DNA of 64,000 nucleotides. Origin: Lingula anatina (Eukaryota > Animalia > Brachiopoda). A program made the translations under genes and the position numbers. The notes beneath the pieces are model-generated. The model saw only the letters and a program-made list of their open reading frames with translations. It was not told where the DNA came from and ran no database searches. Location: contig CM120640.1 of assembly GCA_051362555.1 (NCBI GenBank), forward strand, positions 70,596,788-70,660,787, read 5' to 3'. Of the stretch, positions 24,241-36,211 are shown one piece after another (within the stretch, counting starts at the first letter, position 1; each line of letters opens with the position of its first letter).

Positions 24241-27200
24241 ACGTTATTGCAACTGTACTGTATAGATGTTGGTTTTATCTTTATTAGCAAAATGTGTTTT
24301 GGATATGCTGCAATGTATTTGTTTTGTGAGTGAATCGTGTATCCACCCAATGTAGCCAACTACGTATACGACTTAACGTACGCGCGGGCCCAGGTATCAC
24401 GCAGATAGGTGGTGTTGTTTTTCCCTTGATTCTCGCCTTAACGATTAGCGCGATCGGTGTTCGCTGCTGCAGTGGCACTAATTGGCCCTCAAACTTCTCT
24501 TTGCCGTCCAGATAAATCATTCCTAACAAACATTTTGACAGTTTACCTACGCATATAGGGTCGGCTGTGAGTTGAAATGAATGACCTTGAATTTTAATGG
24601 TGAAATAGAAAAACATCCAGTTAAAAAAATATAAGAGTGAAAGGTTCCTGTAGAGCGGTTTTCAATGAACACTGCGCCAATAACGCATTTTCTGAAAGGT
24701 TCTTAAAATGCTAGCGTAAAACCTTCCAAAGATCCTGTAATTTGAGAATACCCGACTTTCAATTAATGTCGTCCTATATACAAATTGGATGAAAGTTGGA
24801 AAAGCTTCTACCAACTTGAAACACGTGCTTTCGACAATAATAGCTATAAAACATTTTGGTTCAATCTTCCTTGCTTGAACTGCCTTTTCTTCTAATTATA
24901 CTTTAGTTAACGGACAGCTTTACCCCATGTTTGATGTATTTTTGAAATGTAAGTCCCTTCCGGTCAATATATTTTTGTCGTCAATACCAACAGGTGTCAT
25001 GGCCAGAATTTCTGCCCCAAATAAAGTGCCAGTCGATATCGAGCAAAGACACATATGAATACTTGTTTAGTTATAACAATGGGCAATCAATAGAGAAGGT
25101 CAATAAAATCGAGCTGCCCTTTCGTTTTGACTTATTTCCTAGCACATTTATTCTCACCTACCCTGAGCAGAACGCGATCACCTCGTGTTTTTTTTTGATG
25201 ACTAGATACCCGCTGTGGGATGGACTTAACGCTACAGGTGAGGCGACGGCCTTAGGTCTTCAATTAATTGTATTTCGAATTAACTGAATTATATTATTAT
25301 TTATTTTTGTGTTTACTGGGCTGTGTGAGACTTTAGTGTATAAACCCCAGGAAAAAATGAATGACCTTGGTCCTGACGCCACTGTTGAACACAGTAGAAA
25401 TGATTTTTAAACAGTTAGAGGGAAATGATAATATGCTCTTTCTATCCAAGCTTTGCCATGTTCAAGGAAGACCTTTATGATGCATGTAATTGTAAAAATA
25501 TTGGTTAACTAGACGAGCTGGGTAGCAAATATCAGTTGCTCCGTCACACGTTGGGCTAAAAGTTACCTTTACAATTGCAGACGTATCGTCTTCTTTGCAC
25601 TGTTGGATTCTCGTCGTTAAGAAAGTACTTGAACTGGAAATTTTTGTAAAAGTCGAACATTCAATCATTAAGATGACAGCGTGCCCAAGTATAAACCCGT
25701 TTTTACAGCGAGTTGAACAGCCAACAAAACTATCACTTGCACGGCAGTTTTCATGATTCAGACGACAATAATATGCTGCGGTTTAAGTATTAAATCTGGC
25801 CGGCATTATCGAAGAAAGAATTTTGTCAGATTACTGTCCATTTGTCATTAGAAAAACAATACAAATAGCTGGGGCTATTAATTTTATTTTTTCTGATACG
25901 TCAATAATTGATCGTTTGCTGCGAATTCATCTCACCTGAGTAACCGAGGCGGCGTAGGACGAGGTGAAGCAGGTAAACGACGCAGGACAAAGTTGACTGA
26001 GGGTAGCTTTATTATGTGAATAAATATAGGGTTGGGGTCGTGATCGCTTTTATGATCATTATGGACCGGCGTTTGGGGCGATGTGCTTATAACATTACCT
26101 GTTTGGCTTGAAGAAAATAAGTACCAGACTTTGAAATGTTGGAATCAAACAAAAGGTAAAACGAATACTAAAATTGACGGATCTGTGGCTGCCTTGAACT
26201 TGAGTTTATCTCACAAAAATGCACGCAGCGTCTTCTGTTCGATTGAGTAGCAGTTGTGATGTTCGTCGTGTGCTTTGATCAGCTAATAGCCTAAAGTGAT
26301 CTGATCTGCCCACACTGACGACTCCATGACGTGGTGCATTTATGACGACTGGATCTGTTGGCATAGTTGAATAATAATTAATAGAAATGTACTACAGCTA
26401 ACGTTTGCTTCGTAAAGAAAAGTTCTATAGTACTCTATCCAACCTATCTCTGACCTTAGCGGTTACAATGTGGTTTTGGGATTCCTTAGGCTTGTACGAG
26501 GTACAGAATGAGGAGAACTTTAATAAGCAATGTGTTTTCTTTGTAGGTAGCCTTGTTATCTTGTAACCTGTCTGCGAAGAACTAAAAAGCGTTGAGAAAT
26601 ATACCCCCCCCCCCCCCCCCCCGCAAAGCTTCTGAGCTTATATTGCGGCAACTGAATCACAGATTTGTTAAGAGCTTTTTGAGTTTTGCTAATGTGCTTT
26701 TTGATAGGCTGAGTATGAAGAACACAAAATATAAGAGCCATTTCCTTGGATAACGTTGGGGTTTTACGGGTGAAGGCAGCAAACCGGAGGGTGAAAGTCA
26801 CAAGGACGCACGCCACGTGTCTCGACGGCACGTAATAACCCAATGTACTGATACTTTTCTTTTTCAAAATGCTTTTTTTTAAAGAAATTTATGGCGGAGA
26901 TGGAATAAAAAAAAATAAAGTGTAAACCAAAAGTGGGAGTAAGCTATTTGTGGTCTGACTGCATTTTGTGGAAATTTTCAGCTCCTTTCTTCCTCTTGAT
27001 CATTATCACTTGATGCTGCTTTCGTAGAAAATTAACAGATCGGCTTTAGGAAATTATCTCATAAAAGAAAATCTGTCGGTTGTAAGGAGCAAATGGGGTT
27101 TCCTTGAATGGCCTCGAGCTTTCTCTGCGCTGTCATCTGTTTAGGCTTGGTTGACGGCCTCGTTAATTTACCGAAGGCTGCGCACTCAATGTTCAAATTA

Positions 27201-27599
27201 CGAGGCTTACGGCACGTATGAACAGTTCAAGTCACAAATGCGTCTCAAAATAATGGACTTATACCTCCTAAATTTAACTTGTCCAACTAACAATTTCAGT
27301 TCAACTGGTATGAGCGCACTTAAAGATCATTAGCTGCAGCGTTGCGGGGGTGCTTCGTCTCGGAAAGACGGCTCTTATCAAAAGTAACAAATAGAATCCG
27401 ACCAAGCAGAGGCAGTGACACGCAAAAAATTACAAACTGACAACAATGACATCAGTTGTCGATACAAATGCAAAAAAGGAGGGATAGACTGGCTGATGTT
27501 TTTTCTACTGCATATCAGTCCCTGCTGGATGTGTGAGTGAAGAATTCTAACTATCCAATATTTGGAGCGAAATCGTCAGAGCGTGAGTTTACAAGGGGA

Positions 27600-27720
27600 A
27601 AGTTCAGCCAATCAAAGTGTTCAATCACAGGGCTGACGTGACTCTTCTTCTTTTTTTCTTTTTCCTACTCTTGTTGCGACAGGTATATTACAGAGAGAGC
27701 GGTAGCAGTACAACAGTGCT
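27600..27720 (+). promoter_or_regulatory. Candidate promoter of sGC copy 1
   Basis: AGCCAATCA (CCAAT box) at 27606, TGACGTGA (CRE-like, contains ACGTG) at 27634 and TATATTA at 27684. Followed by a CpG-rich stretch ending in a strong donor. Confidence 0.45.
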
Positions 27721-28320
27721 CTGTGGATTCATGTTTGGTTCGGGACATCTACGATTAACAACCAGCTACAGCCGCGCTAATGTGTGTGTTTTGTAACTTT
27801 AACACATTAATTAGGAAACAGAGGCCTTTTTACGATAATCCCAGACGCGCAGCAAGCTTGCTGTCGTTCTGAATTACGACGCATTTAATATTTCACTCTA
27901 AACTATATATTTAGATTTTACGTTTGGAACAGCTAGAGTCGTGCAGCTTGCTGCAAGAGGTCGTTCACAGCACCCGCTCACATGTCACCTATGCTTCACA
28001 TGGCCAGGCAGACCACTAAATTACCACAGGACTTTGGAAACGAGCGTCATTTTGTCTGACAGGAAAGGCAGTCGAAGACGTGGAGTGTAACTACGATTTC
28101 TAAGTCACTCTTCAGTTTTCTCTTACATGCAGCTTCTTGGTTCATCTGAAAGTCCGCTGAAATATTTCCTTTGCTTATTTAATGTGGCATTTGAATGACA
28201 TAACAACAGCGAAATGACAGCCGACCTATGGGATTCGGAAAATTTGCAAGCGTCTTGAACGACAGACAAGTTGGATAGTAGTGTATTTGTAGAGCGTCGT
28301 TCTTTCCTGTACGAACCGCG
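27710..28320 (+). other. Candidate non-coding 5' exon of sGC copy 1
   Basis: Ends at the consensus donor CG|GTGAGT (28320/28321). The coding exon has an acceptor (catttcag|, 39878) 19 nt before the ATG, implying an upstream exon; copy 2 has the same layout. Start position is approximate. Confidence 0.45.
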
Positions 28321-29687
28321 GTGAGTTTGATGCTTTCTCGTTTTTGATACTTATTTACATTAATTGAGTTTTATTTGGGGGCATATGTAAAGGGTATGAA
28401 CGCAGGCACTGGAAAAGACTTATGCCTCCCATATAAGTTTACGTTATTCGTGATCCCGCGTTTTTATGTCTGACGTGTGGATGACTTTATCCAGAGGATA
28501 AAATTTCTATTTTGAAGTGAAAAAATGGCATCTGCTTTGCCTACGTATACACGGTTTTGCAGGTTTAACCTCTGAAACGAGCACTACGTACGGTTCGTCG
28601 GTCCACATTTATACACGCTTCAGGTTCTTGACTCGATATTTTTTCTTTTTTCCTGTGAACGCAATAAGCCCCCATTGGAGACTTGTTTTAGTGCCAAGTT
28701 TAGTGCGAATCTTACTTTGCCAAGCCATTAAAACGTTTCTCAGAAAACTCGAATTGATGATTTATTATTACTGCAGTTGCGATTAAGTTCCTTTCGTAAG
28801 CGAAAGACACGTTTCACTCTTAATGCTCGCGTCATTATATTGCTCTAATGTAGGATTTAAAATATTATTTTATCGAAGAGCATTTCAGTCATCGTTGCAA
28901 TCTACAAATCTTCACTAATTTGCCAGCAAATAATTCTTGTATTTTAAAAAAACATTTAAAACGCACTTAATGCCATCACTAAATATTCTGCGCAACCAGA
29001 AGCTTGCGGGAATGCTCTTGATCGTAGTTAACTCCTGACGGCAAGTGAAACAAATTAAACTATTCCAAAGCAAGTGCTACCTGAACTAATTATGGGTCTA
29101 CTTCTCAAACATTTCTGTTCTTTCTCTTATAACCTACGTACAACAGTAGAGAGGTTTTTATACCATGGCCCCCTTCGTATTGTCTGCAAGGGCGTACGTG
29201 TGTATAACAAAGACACGTTTGGTCCCTGGTGTTTGAGGCAGACATAAGATATGCTATTAATTTGAGTTTGGACAGGAAAAGTTAAACAGTTGCATTTTAT
29301 TTCATCACTCTAAAGAACCGCAGCATACCCGCTGTCTCAAATGAAAGATAGACGGCAGTCATTTATAACGCAGATTTGGATATTTTGGCGTTTTGAGTTT
29401 TATGACCGCGTCCCCGTTGTAGACTTCATACACGGGTCACGATTCGTTAAACCAGAGCAGAACTAACATGTTTACATACTCGGTAGCACCTCATAGATAT
29501 TTTCGACGCGTGTATACAAAATGCTTATGTATGGAGCAGAGCTCTGGTACTGTTTTGAAAGAATGTCAAAAGTTCCCATGCTTTCAGTGATGTTTTAGGC
29601 TTCTTTGGTGTGGAAACCATGTATCATATACAAAGTGCCCTTTCGCCAGGATGCAATAGGCAAGATGGCTCTGTCCACTAAACTGAA

Positions 29688-30693
29688 GTGTCACGTCACT
29701 GACCTAGAGTGTCTTCGTCACTGACCTACAGTGTCACCGTCACTAACCTAGAGTGTCTTCGTCACTGACCTAGAGTGTCACCGTCACTAACCTTGAGTGT
29801 CATCGTCATTAACCTTGAGTGTCATCGTCACTGACCTAGAGTGTCACCGACACTAACCTTGAGTGTCATCGTCACTGACCTACAGTGTCACCGTCACTAA
29901 CCTAGAGTGTCTTCGTCACTGACCTAGAGTGTCACCGTCACTAACCTTGAGTGTCATCGTCATTAACCTTGAGTGTCATCGTCACTGACCTAGAGTGTCA
30001 CCGTCACTAACCTTGAGTGTCATCGTCACTAACCTAGAGTGTCATCGTCACTGACCTAGAGTGTCACCGTCACTAACCTTGAGTGTCATCGTCACTAACC
30101 TTGAGTGTCACCGTCACTGACCTAGAGTGTCACCGTCACTAACCTAGAGTGTCTTCGTCACTGACCTAGAGTGTCACCGTCACTAACCTTGAGTGTCATC
30201 GTCACTGATCTAGAGTGTCACCGTCACTAACCTTGAGTGTCATCGTCACTAACCTTGAGTGTCACCGTCACTAACCTAGAGTGTCTCCGCTACTAACCTA
30301 GAGTGTCACCGTCACTGACCTAGAGTGTCACCGTCACTAACCTTGAGTGTCACCGTCACTAACCTAGAGTGTCTCCGCTACTAACCTAGAGTGTCACCGT
30401 CACTGACCTAGAGTGTCACCGTCACTAACCTTGAGTGTCATCGTCACTAACCTTGAGTGTCACCGTCACTAACCTAGAGTGTCTCCGCTACTAACCTAGA
30501 GTGTCACCGTCACTGACCTAGAGTGTCATCGTCACTAACCTTGAGTGTCACCGTCACTAACCTAGAGTGTCTCCGCTACTAACCTAGAGTGTCACCGTCA
30601 CTGACCTAGAGTGTCACCGTCACTAACCTTGAGTGTCATCGTCACTGACCTAGAGTGTCTCTGTCACTGACCTAGAGTGTCACCGTCACTAAC
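29688..30693. repeat. 22-bp minisatellite, about 45 copies
   Basis: Unit GTGTCACCGTCACTAACCTAGA with recurring variants (TCATC/TCTTC/TCTCCGCTA, CTGAC/CTAAC, CTAGA/CTTGA). Confidence 0.96.
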
Positions 30694-30791
30694 TTGATAT
30701 AAACAAGTAGCCTAGGTTGTTTCAATGCAATAGTATCCTAAAATGTTTTAATATAACATAGTAGCTGTTTTATACAAACCACCAGCCGGTA

Positions 30792-30884
30792 CCCAGCAAA
30801 CAAAACCTTTTATAATGTTACCGTAACGTTTTTGGGATATAGAACGTTATGGCAACGTTATAACAATGTTTTGGGTTTGCTTGG
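30792..30884. mobile_element. Small hairpin MITE with TA flanks
   Basis: TA|CCCAGCAAAC..TTATAATGTTACCGTAACGTT ... AACGTTATGGCAACGTTATAA..GTTTGCTTGG|TA. Confidence 0.6.
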
Positions 30885-33800
30885 TAGTATTTCAAACACT
30901 AAACCATTTTGTTTTTAACGCGTTGCTTAAATTATTTTAAACCACTAACTTAGAATAGTTTTATCTCCTATAAAGGAGGCCTAGGATTACTGATGAAATA
31001 TTGAATTGCAACAGAAATAGAACGGCTGTGGAGATACCCACAGCAGTGACCGGTAATAATAATAGTAAAGATGTGATAGAGAAACTCTTTGCTGACGTTC
31101 AGAATTGTAGATATGTAAATATTCTCTACATGTAATGGAAAAATCAGTCCAATAAGTAAGAGAAAAGTTTTCATGCACCCCCATGCAGTTTAGATCTTAA
31201 GGGACAATGTACTTTTGCCCTAGAAAAAGAAAGAATGCAATTTTTTTCGTAAAAATACTTCTTTGTGCTAAAAGACTTATTTCTTGACATTTAAAGCAGA
31301 AAATTACGTTGCTGTAATTGATACTTGTTAAAGCACCCCTCTTCAGAGTTATAGATTACACATTTCGTACCAAAGAAAGTTACAAAGGCCCATATGAAAC
31401 TACATGCTTGTCCCTTTCACGATCTCTTCGACAGATGAAAGGCACATTGGTCATATCAGTTCTGAAATCCAAAGGGACGCTAGCGTCTTATGTATCATTT
31501 ATAGCATTGTATATATAGCGAGAGAGAGAGAGAGAGAGTCGAAAAATACGATTGAGTCCATCCGTTAGGTGCGTTTGCTGTTGGTCTCGTGGCGAACTGA
31601 GGAGCACACATTGCGTGACTTGACCAAGAACAAATGTTACGAAACGGTTGGAATTGTGTTGTAGCTTTAATTCCCTAAATGATTATCGTGAAGCAATACA
31701 CGAGATTGCCACTAACCACAAACTAATGACCACTATAAATCATGGTTTCTAATCATATTTGTGACCAAAGAGGTCAGCGTTTGAAATGTGTATATCGTTT
31801 AGTTTACCACCAAACATTTGCGTGTAATAGTCCAGAGAGACATTGTTGGTGATTGTTTTTCTTTTTTCTTTTTCTTTTTTATTTCGTTAAGTCTTGATTC
31901 TTCCTTATTTTGGAGTTGCTTGCCAGTTCTTGGCGCGTGCTCTTCTCTTGACGACAATTCTATTTGGCAGGATGATGAAAGTTTATGTAACGTCCCTGAT
32001 ATCCAATCGACTCTAGTTAGTTCTATCTGTTACAACAATAGTTTTGAGCGGTTTCATTAAAGTATAATGACATTAATTAATGAAACTCGATGCTTGAAAA
32101 GCCGGCGTAGTTCGGGGAAATCAGCGTCCATTTACTCTAGTATTTATGACTTATTGGTCCGCATGGGGGAAATCCTCCAATTGGAACCAATACATAGACA
32201 ATAAATGCCAAATCACTAACTATGTAACAATCCCCCCTTGGGAGTGCACGGACTGCAGTCTAATGTCCGGTGGGGCACCTGCTCTTATTACTTGTGATCA
32301 AATCTTGGTGATTGCTGAAAGGCTCGGGCTGCAGTGTGTCCGCGTGGAACCTAGAAAGAGAACTATACAGTCTTGATGGAAATGTGTTAAGGTATGTCAA
32401 AGGGAAAAGAACATCTTACTGGCATACCAGGTCAGTGCAATATTGAACCAGGTTTTTGGTGATTTTTCTGCATTACGAGAATGGGTTAGCGGAAACACCT
32501 CTTGATCTTGTCGCCAAAGATAGGCTCAGATAAGTCTGGTTATTACTTTAATATGTTTTTGCCTCCATGTAATTGCACCAGCCATCTAGATTTGACCGCA
32601 CAGTCATAAATTGAGTGGGTTTTAGTGACATTGAACAGATGCTGTGAGAAATCTAAGAATAACGGTAATACCGCGCGGTTTCTTGTCCCAGCACCAAATC
32701 TGAGATTCTGCGGTCGCCGAGATGAGATGAGTAAAGAAATACATATGTGCAGCATTGAGGAGGCACAAAGTGCAGTCAATGAACAGCAATGAACTGTAGC
32801 AAAAGAGTTGAGTTCTCGTGGTAGTTCATCTACTTAGACATCTGCGTCGAGTTGCGTTAGCTGCCTCAGCAGTCATCGTAGATAGCGGAAGCGGAGTTTC
32901 CTTGCTGAGAAACAAAACATAGACCTTTACTTACGTTTATACGTCATGGCCTAAGTTCATGGAATTGCTTCAAGAGTATTTTTACAATGGATGTATATTG
33001 TTCTTAATTGCGCGTTTGCTTGGTTGGTTATATTAAAGATAAGGTATGTCTTACAAGTTATAGATGAATACGTTACAGTTGAAACGCGTATGTTGAAGTA
33101 ATCTATCGGTTTTACTACTTAGCGGGCCCATCAGACGCTGTGCGAGATATTGATGTGTAGATCTGGTTCACTGCCTCGAAATATTGAAAATTATGTGCTA
33201 TAATTGATATGCGCCTTCGGTTCATTGGTAAAACTTTAGCAGCGTCGTCTTGGCAGCACTGGAGTGTATCTGGGGCTGTAGAAGAGGCGTTTGGTGGTCG
33301 CCGAGGACCACTGCCGCACTTGGAGCAGGAACAGAGGCCAGTAAGTTGACCAACTCCGTATGTCAAGTAAGTTGTGGCTGGAAATTTGACCATAAAAACA
33401 GTTGAAAGTAATGTTTAACCTCAAGTGTTCAGGATGCCGCTAGTTTCATGTTAATCGATAAGAATAACTATTTAACAGAAAATTGTTCTGCAACCGCAAC
33501 TTACTCAGAGTGAAGAGCAACAGATTTCGTGAGCTTCAGATGTGTAGCTGCAAATGTACTCTCTGTCATTTCGGATCCAAAAATGAAATTGGAACTTGTT
33601 ATACCAAAGATTCATACGATGAACACAAGCAGTGTACGACCGAATCCCTTTGTTAACTACATGTAGGTACACCCCTTCGTCAAAATTGTCTCCCTATATT
33701 TTAATATGTTCAATTGTTTGAATAATACGTGTGTTTATGAACGCTGATTTTACTAGAGAATCGCAGCAAAGCTTTTTGGGAAACTTTTCTGAGGACAATA

Positions 33801-35349
33801 AAAATGTCCGGATTTACATGTAGTAGGACCTGCTGTGGTCCGCAAGGACTCGGTTTGCGAAATGTAAGAAAGATAAAGAAGAACATTAAATTTACGGCTT
33901 GTACCGGTAGACCTGCATGGCTGTGGCGTATGTAGGTTGTGGAAGTTATAATTAGGCGTGTAGAATGTCACTTCTTATTCGGTATCGGCCGGGTTAAAGG
34001 CGGACGCCCGCTTTTATTCAATTTATTGTTTGGAATTAGATGCTGGCTTGGGTTGTTTAGAATCATTCGAGGATTGGATCTAACATGCTTGGTGGTAATT
34101 TTTATTTATTAGGCATACAGTTGGTCGTTCTTAACTAATTCTGTGGACAGTGCCTTTTTTAAGGTCTTTGTGTATGAAGAGATTTGGATAGGTATGAATC
34201 GAACGCACCATGGCCATATTGAAATGAACAGAAATGGGAATAACCTTCAAATCAATTGTTTGCGTATTTGAAACACCATTATTTCTTCTCTGTCACTGGT
34301 CTCTTTTTCCCAGTTTTGAATTTTTCATTTCTGTATCGATTCATTCTTATTCCCCTGGAAACTGGATGTCATTTTAAACATGGCGATTTTTAGGACGTTA
34401 ACTTTGGGAATTATATACGTATAAGGGTTGTTTGTGGCCTCACTGTACAAATGTATATGATACGAGCAGTCCCCTTATCCAGAGATCTGGGGTGATCATT
34501 TCTCATTCTAGAGCGCGGATGGAGCTATTTCGTTGTCCGAGATGAAACAGAATAGCTCAAAATCAAACCGAAGTACACTTTTACTGAAATAGATGATGCC
34601 ATGTTTTTCATACTTCGATTCCAGGTTGATGACTTTTCACGGAAAACACTTGTTAACGCTATTACATCTAATCAGAAACATTTTAATGACGTTCTTATTG
34701 AAAATATTTCAATTACTAACAGTGTTTCGTTCGTTGATTACTGAAATTAGGATGCACCTGACAACGGTGGTATAATTGTAGAAACTTCAGCCAAGTGCCC
34801 ATATAGACGACTTAAGTTGGATTTCAGGTCGTCAATAGCTGCGTATTAGCACCTAGAACAATACACTGAGACTCTTGTTGATGGCAGCTGGGGTAAGCAT
34901 TCAATAATTCACAATTATTATACGATACTTCATTTGGTGTACTGCAATTTATTGGCGTTGAAGTACTATTCTGGGCTGTTGTAAATTGCAATCGCCATTC
35001 AACTTTATAAGTATTGCATTTTCACTTAACGTTATATGTGGCTTTTAATTCCAATGTTTTACAATAAACTGTCCCCAGAAAGTGCAGACAAATCACGTTA
35101 ATGTGAATTTGATTATGTGTTAGACAACGCGTGTGTACAATATGTGAGTAGCAGTGCTGTCCACTATTGTTGATCGTTATTCATTCTGGAAAGAAGCATA
35201 TCCTCCTACACGTGCCTCTCCGAGTAGAAAAGAAATGTGCTCCTATGCCATTATTTTAAAATACCCTCGTAGTTTGCGTGGCATCCGATGGCATAGTTAA
35301 GCTGGCTTTATTTGATGAAGAAATAAGCAGTAATTACCTAGAGCGCAGC

Positions 35350-35460
35350 CTTTTTATGTACAGACATTTAGTGTCTTTTTATGTACAGACATACAGTGTC
35401 TTTTTATGTACAGACATAAAGTGTCTTTTTATGTACAGAGATATAGTGTCTTTTTATGTA
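35350..35460. repeat. 25-bp tandem repeat, about 4.4 copies, at the edge of a probable repeat element
   Basis: Unit CTTTTTATGTACAGACATWHAGTGT. Followed by a GTC/GCC-rich tract and a duplicated CAGGTCGAGTTCGAA..TCAGCTT (about 35597 and 35725). Confidence 0.8.
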
Positions 35461-36163
35461 GCCATCGCCTGTGTCTGTCGTCCCCGTCAGTGTCGACGTC
35501 GCCGCCGCAGTGCACATTCAGAGAAAGCACAATACGTCGAAAACCGTTTGGCCTATTGGTGTCAAACTTAAGAAACTGATGAACAGAAGTAAAATTCAGG
35601 TCGAGTTCGAATCTCAGCTTCATTGGATCATTTTCATGTAACTTATGTTTTTTAGCATTTTATTACCCTATGTGATGGGCGTTTTATATTCAAATTTCCA
35701 AAAGTGATCAGTATTACCAAAATACAGGTCGAGTTCGAAGATCAGCTTGGAAATCAAGCGGCAGAGGATTAGATCGTTCGTTTACCAAAAATGTTCTTAC
35801 CCAGAAAGTGTTTTTAGCGCCTGGGACAACATATGACCCTCAAAAGATAACGGAACCTATGCCCAGAAGGGTGGTGGCTAGAACAAGATCATGTAGCTAT
35901 TCTACAACAGGTTGGCACTGACATAATAACATGGGTTTCGTAAGGGCAAAAGACTGGTCTGTAAACTTGTAGTAGAAATACTAAATTTACAAGAATTTTC
36001 CAATAAAATACTAATGAAAAACCTAACAACTCCAGCTGTTGTTCACCTTCAAGCAAAATATGATGCAATACTTTTGCCACTCCCCTGTTGTTGTAGGGGT
36101 TGTTTATCTTAGTTACTGTTCTGAATTATGATGGGCCGATGAGACTTTTATAGGTTTATGTTA

Positions 36164-36211
<48 letters not shown>

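Noticed and set aside
19460-30693. 28-, 66- and 22-bp arrays as CRISPR arrays
   Set aside because: Units are head-to-tail with no unique spacers, there are no cas genes, and the context is eukaryotic and intron-rich.
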